Of a stretch of 64,000 nt of DNA, positions 39,839 to 49,354 are shown piece after piece. A program made the position numbers and the translations under genes. Under the pieces are notes generated by a model that saw only the letters and a program-made list of their open reading frames with translations, was not told the DNA's origin and made no database searches. How positions within the stretch are numbered: position 1 is the first letter of the stretch; the number at the start of each line of letters is the position of its first letter. The DNA comes from Nitrospirales bacterium (GTDB lineage Bacteria > Nitrospirota > Nitrospiria > Nitrospirales > UBA8639): NCBI GenBank assembly GCA_963422365.1, contig OY729426.1, forward strand, positions 960,001 to 1,024,000. The letters run 5' to 3'.

Positions 39839-42679
39839 CTAATGCGCTTCGCCCCATGAATGGCCCTGTCCCACGTCGACCGTCAGAGGTACCGCCAGGT
39901 GAAGCGCGGGAAGGGAAGCGGATTCCATGACGGTCTTCACCACCTCGCCCGTTTGATCAACCACCTCTTCGTCGACTTCAAAGAGCAATTCATCGTGGAC
40001 CGTTAAAAGCATGGTGGCTCGGGTGTCGAGGTGCTGTTGTGCCAAAGCCGGCGGTACACGAATCATGGCGCGTTTCAAAATGTCGGCGGCCGTGCCTTGG
40101 ATCGGGGCATTGATCGCCGCGCGTTCGGCAACGTTGCGTCGTGCGGCATGTTTGTCGTGGATGCCCGGGATATGGCACCGACGACCAAAGAGCGTTTCCA
40201 CGTATCCCCGTTCGCGGCAGAATTGCTTGGTGTGGTTCATATAATCTTGGATGCCGGGGTATCGTTCAAAATAGGCCTTCATGTAAGTAGCGGCTTCTTC
40301 GTTGGAAATGCTCAGTTGGCGGCTGAGTCCGAATGCGCTGATCCCGTAAATAATGCCGAAATTAATGGCCTTGGCTCGACGCCGCATGGCCGGGTCCAGT
40401 GTTTTGGCGTCGACTCCGAACATTTGACTGGCGGTCAGGGCATGAATGTCCTGGCCTTCATGGAACGCATGTTTCAACGCATCGATGTTGGCAATGTGGG
40501 CGAGAAGACGGAGTTCAATTTGCGAGTAGTCCAGCGACAGCAGGCTCCTCCCCGACTTGGCCACGAAGGCGTAGCGAATTTTTCGACCGTCTTCGGTCCG
40601 GATGGGAATATTTTGAAGATTGGGGTTCGTCGAAGACAGGCGTCCGGTCGACGCGGCGGCCATGGCAAAGGCGGTGTGCACGCGACCCGTTCGCGGATTG
40701 ATCTGTTCGACCAACGCGTCGGTATACATGCTTTTTAATTTGTCGAGTTGTCGCCATTCTAACACCGTCGCCGGCAGGTCGTGTCCCTCAGCGGCCAGCG
40801 ATTCCAACACGTCGGCTCCTGTGGAATAGGTGCCGGACTTCCCTTTGTGTCCGCCCTCCAAGTGCATTTCGTCAAACAAGACCTCACCCAGTTGCTTAGG
40901 AGAGCCGACGTTAAATTCGTGACCAACGCGTCGGTAAATGTCTTTCTCCAATGTGCGTTGGCGTTCTGCGAATTCTCGGCTGAGCTGCTCCAGTTTCGCA
41001 CGGTCGACATTGATGCCCTCGATTTCCATGTCGACCAGGACGGACACAAGGGGCCGTTCTAAGGTCTCATAAGGCGTCACCATGCGTTCGGCCAGCAGGC
41101 GGGGTTTGAGTAATTGGTGAAACCGCAAGGTCAGGTCTGCGTCTTCGGCGGCGTAGGCCAAGGCTTGATCCAGCGGGACCAGATCAAAGGTGATTTGGGA
41201 TTTTCCCGTGCCCGCCACGTCCTTGAACGTGATCGTCCGATGGCCCAGATGCAGTCCGGCCAATTCATCCACGCCGTGGCCATGGCTGCCTCCGTCCAGG
41301 ATGTAGGACATCAGCATGGTGTCGTCGACCGGTGAGATGGTGACGTCGTAGCGTCGAAGGACCACCATGTCGTCTTTCAGGTTATGACCGATTTTAAGCA
41401 CCGAGGGATCGGCGAAGAGTGGACGCAGGATAGCGAGGGCGGCGTCGAGCGGAATTTGTCTAAGAGGTTCCTGCCCTGGGGCAGGAGGATTCTCACCCGA
41501 GGATTTGGAAAAGTCCAATTCAGATGCTGGCGCAGGGTGCCGGTGTGCGAGAGGGACGTAGCACGCATGACCGGGTTGGACACACAGAGCAAGGCCAACC
41601 AATTCCGCGAGGCTTTCATCCACGGACGTGGTTTCGGTCTCGATCGCGACTGCGCCGGCATAGCGCGCTCGGGTCACCCAGTCTTGCAAGACCACAGTGG
41701 ATTGGACCAATTCATAGTGGGTGGCGGCCGGCGGAGCCTTTTTGATCTCAGGGACGACTTCCCCGGACGCCGCCAGCCGGTTTTGGACTTTAGCCATGAT
41801 CGCCCTGAAGCCCTGTTCATGGAGGAACGCGAGTAATTGTGAGGGGTCAGGGTGTTGGCGTCGTAACTGAGTCACCGTCACGTCCGTCGGTACATCATCC
41901 CGTAAACGAACCAGTTCTCGTGACAGTCTGGCTTGATCGGCAAAATCGATGAGGCTTTGGCGTCGCTTCGGCTGTTTGATTTCGGACGCGCGCGCGAGCA
42001 AGGAATCCAGGTCCCCATATTCTTGAATGAGGAGGGCCGCGGTTTTGACCCCAATGCCCGGAACCCCCGGCACATTGTCCGTCGAATCGCCGGCCAGGGC
42101 TTGCACGTCCACCACGTTCTCCGGGCCGACCCCGAATTTTTCGTTGACTTCCGCTCGGCCGATTCTCCGGTTTTTGATGGCGTCGAACATGTTCACCCGA
42201 TCGGACACCAACTGCATCATGTCTTTATCCGAGGACACAATCATGACGTCAAACCCTTCCGCCTCGGCGTGTCGCGCATAGGTGGCAATCAGGTCATCCG
42301 CTTCGAAGCAGGGCCTTTCAAGGCATGCCACCTTGAAGGCTCGCGTGGCGTCTCGAACCAACGGAAATTGAGGAATCAGTTCGTTGGGCGGGTCGGGTCG
42401 ATTGGCTTTATAATCGCGAAAAATCTCATGCCGAAAGGACTCCCGCGCCGAATCGAAGATCACGGCCATGTGCGTGGCCTGAAGGTCCTCCAGCAGTTTG
42501 AGCAACATGTTGGTAAACCCGAGGACGGCGTTCACGGGCGTCCCGTCCGATCGGGTCAGTAACGGGAGAGCGTGGAATGCCCGAAATAAGAAACTGGACC
42601 CATCCACCAAACACAGGTGTCGTTCAGAAGAATCTTGGTGTGGCGGCTTCATTATGTTGTCCATGGGTGTCGTTTTCAA
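39839..42679 (-). CDS. polA: DNA polymerase I
   Basis: LVDGSSFLFRAFH 5'-nuclease; TGRLSS, DYSQIELR, KAINFGIIYG and VHDELLFE polymerase motifs; start uncertain by ~10 codons. Confidence 0.97.
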   Translation of the reverse strand: MKTTPMDNIMKPPHQDSSERHLCLVDGSSFLFRAFHALPLLTRSDGTPVNAVLGFTNMLLKLLEDLQATHMAVIFDSARESFRHEIFRDYKANRPDPPNELIPQFPLVRDATRAFKVACLERPCFEADDLIATYARHAEAEGFDVMIVSSDKDMMQLVSDRVNMFDAIKNRRIGRAEVNEKFGVGPENVVDVQALAGDSTDNVPGVPGIGVKTAALLIQEYGDLDSLLARASEIKQPKRRQSLIDFADQARLSRELVRLRDDVPTDVTVTQLRRQHPDPSQLLAFLHEQGFRAIMAKVQNRLAASGEVVPEIKKAPPAATHYELVQSTVVLQDWVTRARYAGAVAIETETTSVDESLAELVGLALCVQPGHACYVPLAHRHPAPASELDFSKSSGENPPAPGQEPLRQIPLDAALAILRPLFADPSVLKIGHNLKDDMVVLRRYDVTISPVDDTMLMSYILDGGSHGHGVDELAGLHLGHRTITFKDVAGTGKSQITFDLVPLDQALAYAAEDADLTLRFHQLLKPRLLAERMVTPYETLERPLVSVLVDMEIEGINVDRAKLEQLSREFAERQRTLEKDIYRRVGHEFNVGSPKQLGEVLFDEMHLEGGHKGKSGTYSTGADVLESLAAEGHDLPATVLEWRQLDKLKSMYTDALVEQINPRTGRVHTAFAMAAASTGRLSSTNPNLQNIPIRTEDGRKIRYAFVAKSGRSLLSLDYSQIELRLLAHIANIDALKHAFHEGQDIHALTASQMFGVDAKTLDPAMRRRAKAINFGIIYGISAFGLSRQLSISNEEAATYMKAYFERYPGIQDYMNHTKQFCRERGYVETLFGRRCHIPGIHDKHAARRNVAERAAINAPIQGTAADILKRAMIRVPPALAQQHLDTRATMLLTVHDELLFEVDEEVVDQTGEVVKTVMESASLPALHLAVPLTVDVGQGHSWGEAH

Positions 42680-43204
42680 TCCACCATTCTACCAATCAAA
42701 GGATGGAGAATGCAGCAGGGGCAAGGGAAGAGCCTGTGTAGCCGAACGAAAATAATTAGGAATTCTGACTAAAATAATGAGGAATGGCTAGAAAAGTCTT
42801 ACGAGTGAATACGTAGAGAACGCGGCCGGCGCTGTGGGGTACGAAGAGGGTGGCAGGGGGTGTGCCTAGGGGATGTCGAGGGGCTGCTGGGTGGTGGCAG
42901 GGCCCTCACCCCAGCCACCGGGTGATGCCCGGGGCCTGTGGAGAGGGGAGTCTGGCGGCTCAAGTGTGGGCGTCGGGGGGAGGCCCTAGCTTGGCGGCTT
43001 CCCAGATCCGATGGAGGGCGGTTGTCGTCGGGGCGTGGTCGAGGCGGGGGCGGCGGGTCGTCGCGGAGTCCCTGGGTTTGCCGCACGCCCTCTTGCCCGC
43101 CGAACTTGCTGCTTGCCTGGCGAGGGCCATTTCGTGTAGAGAGGGGGATCTTTCAGGGGGAGTCAGACAGATTCAATCATCTTTCACAGTAATGAGGTAG
43201 GGGT

Positions 43205-44047
43205 ATGTATCATGGTATGAGGCAAACAGTCTGTTCTGGGGTGGGGCTCCTGGTGGCGGTGCTGCTGGTTCACTCGGCCTGGGCGGAGTCTGGCTGGTAC
43301 GCGGGGATTAAGGGGGGGATCGGGGCGGGCAGCGCGCCAGAGGGCACGGTCGTGGGGGCGCACTCCGATTCGAGCGGCGATCTCACGACCGAGGTCGGCC
43401 CCGTGGTGCTGGGGTCGGTCGGCCGGGGGCTGGGCCAGGGGTTCCGCTTGGAAGGCGAGTTCTCGTGGCGGCGGAACGGCGCGGAGGACTTCACCGCCAA
43501 TACCATTGTGAAACGCGGTGAAGAGCGGGGACGACCGCTCTATAAGATTGAGGACGTCGAGGAAGCCAATAGGCTCAAGACCGACCGTGGCGAAACGGTC
43601 GATAGAAACACAGGGGAGGTGCTCGTGGACGCGCAGGGGGCCAAAGTCCCCAAGCACGATGCCGAGGGGAACCCGCTGTATGAAATGAAAGACGTGATGG
43701 GTCGACGGGACCCCATGCCCGTGGATGGCGCTCTCACGAACCTTGCGGTGATGCTGAATGGGCTGTATGACTGGACAACGGGGGGTGGCTCTTCCGTGTA
43801 CGTGTTGGGCGGCATCGGGCTCTCCGTGGTGAGTGCCGACGGGAGCCAAGCTGCGCTGGGGAGTATCGACGACACGACCACCGCCTTGGCGTATCAGGCG
43901 GGGCTTGGCTTCGTGTATCCCCTCACGCAGCAGGTGGCCGTGGATCTCTCCTACCGCTTCTTTGGCACGCCGGACGTGGACTTTGACGGCCTGGAGGTCG
44001 AGAACCGGCATCATAACGTCTTGTTCGGCGTCATGTATGCGTTCTGA
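43205..44047 (+). CDS. Outer-membrane beta-barrel protein (OmpA/porin-opacity-like) with a ~75-aa loop insertion
   Basis: Signal peptide SAWA, GWYAG, GFRLEGEFSWR, AYQAGLG, VDLSYRFF, terminal YAF. Confidence 0.85.
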   Translation: MYHGMRQTVCSGVGLLVAVLLVHSAWAESGWYAGIKGGIGAGSAPEGTVVGAHSDSSGDLTTEVGPVVLGSVGRGLGQGFRLEGEFSWRRNGAEDFTANTIVKRGEERGRPLYKIEDVEEANRLKTDRGETVDRNTGEVLVDAQGAKVPKHDAEGNPLYEMKDVMGRRDPMPVDGALTNLAVMLNGLYDWTTGGGSSVYVLGGIGLSVVSADGSQAALGSIDDTTTALAYQAGLGFVYPLTQQVAVDLSYRFFGTPDVDFDGLEVENRHHNVLFGVMYAF

Positions 44048-44051
44048 CCTG

Positions 44052-44078
44052 CGCCCCTCCCCCTCGGGGGGAGGGGCG
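44052..44078. terminator. GC-rich hairpin between convergent genes
   Basis: cgcccctccccc-tcg-gggggaggggcg perfect 12-bp stem; no U tract. Confidence 0.55.
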
Positions 44079-44099
44079 TCATCCTCTCCTCGGTCTCCG

Positions 44100-44600
44100 A
44101 GGAGTCTCCTGACGTTGGCCTCAACACGTCTCCGGGCCACAGGGCGCGTAACGCCTCAGTCGTGGTCGCATGTTCGATCTCGGGGTCAGCAGGCAGATCC
44201 CTCAGGGCTTGTTTGCGGGCGACGACCTCTTGTATCTGAGCGTGGTCTCCCGTTTCGAGCGCCCGCATGTACGCCACGTCAAGAGCGGGAAACAGTTTGG
44301 TGCGGGCCCGGCGTATCCGATTCCGCCACACGGTACGTGCGTCCGACATGTCTACCCGGAGCGGCGGGTCATCATCCGGTGCATACACCCAGACAGCCGA
44401 AAACTCCCCATCGTCAGGCAGGTCGTCAATCGGCAGCACTTGATGCGGGGCCCCCGCCGGGACGACGTCTCGTATAAGATTGACGAGGGTTTGGCGTTCG
44501 GCTGCGGGCTGTGTGTGAAGGTACTCTTCCGTTGGATAGACCAACGCAGCATACCCAGTGACAGCATCTGTGTACAGCCTGTCCCCCGGAATGCACAGTA
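44100..44600 (-). pseudogene. Phage tail-assembly-chaperone-like gene remnant
   Basis: RIRRARTKLFPALDVAYMRALETGD..VARKQALRDLPA..LRALWP; no convincing start, and the ORF runs on into the OMP gene (to 44011). Confidence 0.6.
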
Positions 44601-44618
44601 GTGGCCCCCTCCTCCTGC

Positions 44619-44648
44619 TTGACACGTTTGTAAAGAGAGGCCTATCAT
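44619..44648 (+). promoter_or_regulatory. Sigma70-type promoter
   Basis: TTGACA-N18-TATCAT. Confidence 0.55.
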
Positions 44649-44735
44649 TTTAAGAACAGAACAACGACCTTCAACGAAGAGGTAGGTGATGGGGTAGCTT
44701 CCTGGACATCGACCGCCTGTGCACAAGATCGAGAC

Positions 44736-44772
44736 AAAGCCCTTTGGATCGTAAAGATCTAAAGGGCTTTTT
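44736..44772 (+). terminator. Strong intrinsic terminator
   Basis: aaagccctttggatc-gtaaa-gatctaaagggcttt-tt, 15-bp stem. Confidence 0.85.
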
Positions 44773-44919
44773 AATGTTCATCCGTGATCACGAAACCGGA
44801 CCCTTTCCGGATGTGAAAGATCAAGGGATGTGACGAGGTTGGAACCCGAAAGCACGGTCCCTCAATAATTGGTGTGGAGATGAGTGAAGGAGTCATGGGA
44901 TTTTTCATCAAGGAGGGTC

Positions 44920-45717
44920 ATGATGACAGAACCTAAAACTGCTGCGATGTTCGGTTCCAACCCGGGGTATGGCCGTGTGTTGCTCGTGGAGGACGATTCC
45001 GGTATTTGCAAAGAGATGCGTGCCACCTTGGAAACGGCGGGGTTCGAAGTGTTGGAAGCCGATACGGAAGATCGTGCGATCGGTGTAGCCAACGAAGGCG
45101 AAAATCCATTGTTGCTTGATGTCGTGATTACGGATATCGACAAGAATTTGGGTGTCGATTCCATGAATTATTTTAAAGCCCAATTTCCGCATGTTTCCTT
45201 GATTGCCTTAACGGGTCTGCTCGAAGAAAAGGGATCCGGCTCTTCGGAAATTCGGATTGGCATTGTGGGGGCTGGGAAAGGCGGCCGGGCGCTGCTCGAT
45301 GTGTTGCTTCATCTCTCGGCTGCTCAGGTGGTGGGCATAACGGACAAGGATCCAGGGGCCACTGGATTACAGTTCGCGCAAGAATTCCAGGTTCCGGTGG
45401 CGTCTGATCCGATGAGTCTGATAAGCAGGGATGATTTGGATCTCATCATCGATGTGACCGGCGATCCCGCCATGGGAGCACTGATAGCCGAGAAAAAACA
45501 ACCCCGTACTGAGGTGCTCGGCGGAGCGGCGTCAAAACTTTTATGGTTGCTGGTTCAACGAGAACGGGAAATGCAATCCCAACTGCTTCGGTCTGAAAAG
45601 TTAGCGGGGATGATTCGTGATGGAGTGAAAGATTTTCTCATAAAACCGTTCGGGAAGGATCGGTTGGTGAAGGCGGTCTCATCCGCAGTGGGGCAACGCG
45701 AATTGAATCGATTGTAG
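44920..45717 (+). CDS. Response-regulator receiver domain interrupted by an NAD(P)-binding Rossmann domain
   Basis: VLLVEDD..VVITD..IALTG, then IGIVGAGKGG..LIIDVTG..QLLRSEKL, then GVKDFLIKPF; AGGAGG RBS. Confidence 0.85.
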   Translation: MMTEPKTAAMFGSNPGYGRVLLVEDDSGICKEMRATLETAGFEVLEADTEDRAIGVANEGENPLLLDVVITDIDKNLGVDSMNYFKAQFPHVSLIALTGLLEEKGSGSSEIRIGIVGAGKGGRALLDVLLHLSAAQVVGITDKDPGATGLQFAQEFQVPVASDPMSLISRDDLDLIIDVTGDPAMGALIAEKKQPRTEVLGGAASKLLWLLVQREREMQSQLLRSEKLAGMIRDGVKDFLIKPFGKDRLVKAVSSAVGQRELNRL

Positions 45718-46016
45718 GGGGATCGGGCAAATCAGTGAGGCCACGGTCCCACGCGGAGTCCCTGCCGTCGCCGGAGGGCTCTGTTCCGGCCCGACCACCT
45801 GCCTCCAGGTAGGTCGGGCCTCACACCCGCGCCGTCGGGTAAATACCTGCCAGTGTTTTTCCTGCATATCACGGAATCCTGTTTATCCCCCACCTGGTTG
45901 AAGGGGAAAAGGATTTCACCTCCATAGGCTTAAGTGCTTGTAAGCACGCCTTTTCTTGCAAAGATCGATGCGTCTGCGTATGCTCAATCGTACGGTATGA
46001 CTCCTCAGGCCTCGGT

Positions 46017-47099
46017 ATGTCGGAACACCATCAAATAGAAAAGTCCCGCAAGGAGATTGATCGGCTGGACGATGAGATCCTGCGGCTCCTCAATGAGCGC
46101 TCTCGTCACGTCATCACGATTGGCAAGACGAAACGAGAAGCAGACCCTCACGCCCTGCTGCACACCCCCGGGCGAGAGGTCTTTATTGTGGAACGCTTGG
46201 CGCGTCACAACCCCGGTCCCTTTCCCAATGAGGCGATTCGCCCGGTGTATCGGGAAATCATGTCCGCCTCCTTGTCGTTAGAGGGCTTGCAGACCGTGGC
46301 GTACTTGGGCCCCCCTGCCACGTTTACGCATTTGGCGGCCCTGGGAAAATTTGGTGAGTCTGCCCAATATACGTCGGTCAGCGGGATTAAAGAGGTGTTT
46401 GATGCAGTCGAACGCGGGCGCGCGCTCTATGGGGTCGTGCCGATCGAAAACTCGACCGAAGGCGTGGTGAATTACACCCTCGATATGTTTATCGACTCCA
46501 GTCTGATGATCTATGGGGAAGTCATGCAGGAGGTTTCCCATCATCTCATGTCGAAGAGTGAGCGAGTCGAGGACATCGAGACGATTTATTCACATTCTCA
46601 TGCCCTGGCGCAGTGTCGGAATTGGTTGGAAACCAACATGCCCACGGTGCGGGTAGCGGAAGCTCCGAGTACCTCGCGCGCGGCCGAACGGTGTCAAGAA
46701 GAACCTCATGCGGCAGCCATTGCCTCTGAACTGGCGGCTCACATGTATGGCCTGCACATCTTGAAATCGAGAATTGAGGATAATCTTAACAACTTCACGA
46801 GATTTTTAGTGTTGTGCAAGCATTGTTCCGATCCCACAGGAAAAGATAAGACATCGGTCATGCTGTCGGTGAAGGATAAGGCCGGCGCACTCTATGATTT
46901 GCTGCGGCCCTTTGCCTCCAATGGCATCAATATGACCAAAATCGAGTCGAGGCCCTCGCGTCGTAAAGCTTGGGAATATATCTTTTTTGTCGATATCGAG
47001 GGCCATATACGTGAAGACCGGGTCCGCCGAACTCTTGAGGAACTCAAGGGGCGGTGTTTGTTCTTGAAAATTCTCGGTTCGTATCCCATCCATTCCTGA
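46017..47099 (+). CDS. pheA: Chorismate mutase/prephenate dehydratase
   Basis: RKEIDRLD, YLGPPATF, VPIENSTEG, NFTRF, IESRPS. Confidence 0.96.
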   Translation: MSEHHQIEKSRKEIDRLDDEILRLLNERSRHVITIGKTKREADPHALLHTPGREVFIVERLARHNPGPFPNEAIRPVYREIMSASLSLEGLQTVAYLGPPATFTHLAALGKFGESAQYTSVSGIKEVFDAVERGRALYGVVPIENSTEGVVNYTLDMFIDSSLMIYGEVMQEVSHHLMSKSERVEDIETIYSHSHALAQCRNWLETNMPTVRVAEAPSTSRAAERCQEEPHAAAIASELAAHMYGLHILKSRIEDNLNNFTRFLVLCKHCSDPTGKDKTSVMLSVKDKAGALYDLLRPFASNGINMTKIESRPSRRKAWEYIFFVDIEGHIREDRVRRTLEELKGRCLFLKILGSYPIHS

Positions 47100-47174
47100 C
47101 ACAAGGTGGGATGCCGCGCGTCTCGTGTAAAGAAAACGAACGATGTGCGACGAGAACGAATGCATGAGTGGCAA

Positions 47175-48281
47175 ATGTCTATCCGAGTTCACCCCAATAT
47201 AGCCAAACTCGTTCCCTACTCCCCTGGGAAACCCCTCGATGAGTTGGAGCGGGAATTGGGTATTCGTGGAGCCGTGAAGCTCGCGTCCAATGAAAATCCG
47301 CTTGGCCCCTCGCCTCAGGCCTTGGCGGCGTTGGATGAAGGAAAAAAGACCGTGCATCTCTATCCGGATGGCGGCGCGCATGATCTCACCCGCGCGTTGG
47401 CCGACCAATGGAAAGTGTCCGGCAATCAAATCGTCGTGGGCAACGGGTCCGATGAGATCATCAGCCTGTTGGTCAAGGCGTTCGTGACCCCGGGGGAAGA
47501 AGCCGTGATGGCGGATCAGACCTTCGTCATGTATCAGCTCGCCGTGACTGGGGGGCATGGGGTCTGCGTGGAAGTCCCCTTGAAAGACTGGCGTCACGAT
47601 CTCGCGTCAATGGCGCAGGCCGTCAACAGTCGAACGCGGTTGTTGTTTGTCTGCAATCCCAACAATCCCACGGGCACCATGGTGACCCACGAGGAAGTCA
47701 GGGAGTTCATGGCAGCCGTCCCGGATCACGTGATTGTGGTGTTTGACGAAGCCTACTACGAATACGTCAGGGACCCGGACTGTCCCGACACCGTCGACTA
47801 TGTTCGACAAAACCGGCCGGTGGTGGTGTTACGGACGTTTTCCAAAATTTACGGGTTAGCGGGTTTGCGCATCGGATATGGGATCACGACGCCGGAAATC
47901 GTCGAGTATCTCCATCGTGTGCGAAACCCCTTCAACGCCAATACCCTGGCACAATTCGCGGCTTGTGCAGCGTTAGGTGACGAAAAACACGTCGCCGCCA
48001 GTCGAGCGAACAATGAAGCGGAAATGGCGTCGGTGGACAACGGGCTGCGGGCATTGGGGTTGGCGCCCCTTCCCAGTCAGGCGAACTTTCTCTATTTTGA
48101 TACGCATCGTGACGGCCGCGAAGTGTTTGACCGGCTTCTTCGTGCAGGAATCATCGTTCGGCATATCTGCGGGTCGACGCTTCGCGTGACAATCGGGCGA
48201 CCGGAGGAGAACCGTCGATTCCTCAAGGCCTTGAGGAATGTGCTGGAGGCCATGCCTCCCGTCGAGGATAAGGATTCCTGA
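47175..48281 (+). CDS. hisC: Histidinol-phosphate aminotransferase
   Basis: KLASNENPLG, CNPNNPTG, DEAY, RTFSKIYGLAGLRIG. Confidence 0.95.
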   Translation: MSIRVHPNIAKLVPYSPGKPLDELERELGIRGAVKLASNENPLGPSPQALAALDEGKKTVHLYPDGGAHDLTRALADQWKVSGNQIVVGNGSDEIISLLVKAFVTPGEEAVMADQTFVMYQLAVTGGHGVCVEVPLKDWRHDLASMAQAVNSRTRLLFVCNPNNPTGTMVTHEEVREFMAAVPDHVIVVFDEAYYEYVRDPDCPDTVDYVRQNRPVVVLRTFSKIYGLAGLRIGYGITTPEIVEYLHRVRNPFNANTLAQFAACAALGDEKHVAASRANNEAEMASVDNGLRALGLAPLPSQANFLYFDTHRDGREVFDRLLRAGIIVRHICGSTLRVTIGRPEENRRFLKALRNVLEAMPPVEDKDS

Positions 48282-49294
48282 TGATTATCGTATTCAAGCC
48301 GCATGCTACGGAAGAAGACATCGATCATGTCACGGATCGACTCCGGGAATTAGGTCTGAAATCGCAAATGTCCCGTGGCGAGGAGCGCACCATCATCGGG
48401 GTGATCGGCGACGAACGCCTGTTGGAACACCAACCGCTCAGTGTCTTCCCCGGCGTGGAGAGCGTGACGCCCATTTTGACGCCGTGGAAGCTGGTGGGCC
48501 GTGAATTTCAAGCACAGGATTCGGTGATCGCGGTGGATCGGGTGACGGTGGGCGGCAAACGAGTCGTCGTGATGGCTGGACCCTGTGCTGTCGAGAAATT
48601 GGAAGTGACGGTCGGGATTGCACATGAAGTCAAAGCCGCCGGTGGCGAGATCCTTCGAGGTGGCGCGTACAAACCGCGAACCTCTCCCTATTCGTTTCAA
48701 GGCCTGGGTCGGGAAGGACTCGATTTTTTGGTTGAAGCGAAACAGCAGACGGGCATGCCCGTGGTCAGTGAAATTTTGGATCCCCGTGACACGGACGTGT
48801 TTCTGGAAAAAGCCGACGTGATTCAGATCGGGGCGCGGAACATGCAGAACTTCGAATTACTCAAAGAAGTCGGGGCCTATGATAAGCCGGTTCTCTTGAA
48901 ACGAGGGCTTTCGGCTACGATCAAGGAATTTTTATTGTCGGCCGAATACATCGTGTCTCGCGGCAATCGAAACGTGATGCTGTGCGAACGCGGCATTCGT
49001 ACCTTTGAAACGCAATACCGCAATACGTTGGATCTGGCGGCGGTTCCGACGTTGAAAGAACTGTCTCATTTGCCGGTGATTGTGGATCCCAGTCATGCCA
49101 CGGGTAAATGGAAACTGGTGGCGCCCATGGCCAAAGCGGCCCTTGCGGCAGGGGCTGACGGGCTTCTGATCGAGGTCCATTCGAATCCTGAATGCGCCCT
49201 CTGCGACGGGGAGGAATCGATCAAGCCTCACCGGTTCAAGGAATTGATGAACGATCTGAAAATTCTTGTGCAAGCCGTGGGAAGAGAATTGTAA
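48281..49294 (+). CDS. aroF: DAHP synthase (type I-beta)
   Basis: [36 protein letters not shown]. Confidence 0.95.
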   Translation: MIIVFKPHATEEDIDHVTDRLRELGLKSQMSRGEERTIIGVIGDERLLEHQPLSVFPGVESVTPILTPWKLVGREFQAQDSVIAVDRVTVGGKRVVVMAGPCAVEKLEVTVGIAHEVKAAGGEILRGGAYKPRTSPYSFQGLGREGLDFLVEAKQQTGMPVVSEILDPRDTDVFLEKADVIQIGARNMQNFELLKEVGAYDKPVLLKRGLSATIKEFLLSAEYIVSRGNRNVMLCERGIRTFETQYRNTLDLAAVPTLKELSHLPVIVDPSHATGKWKLVAPMAKAALAAGADGLLIEVHSNPECALCDGEESIKPHRFKELMNDLKILVQAVGREL

Positions 49295-49354
49295 CCTGCC
49301 AGTGGTGGTTCTCGATCTTCGAGTAACGCGCCGCCCTGTTTTCTCCGTCAGAGT

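Noticed and set aside
41469..41486. Short hairpin tcctgccc-tg-gggcagga inside polA as another intragenic repeat
   Set aside because: Single short GC-rich palindrome in a normally variable loop; chance is a sufficient explanation.
44683..44735. Fluoride riboswitch resemblance (GGTGATGGGGT)
   Set aside because: It lacks the pairing partner and the downstream conserved UGAUGAC-type segment, and the downstream gene is not fluoride-related.
44825..44861. Hammerhead-like string gTGACGA-GGTTGGAACC-CGAAA
   Set aside because: The core needs CUGANGA with a C3-G8 pair; here position 3 is G, stem II is out of register and no stem I/III with a cleavage triplet is evident.
45735..45842. SRP RNA (ffs) or tRNA
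   Set aside because: No CAGG..GGAA..AGCAG helix-8 motif or T-loop on either strand.
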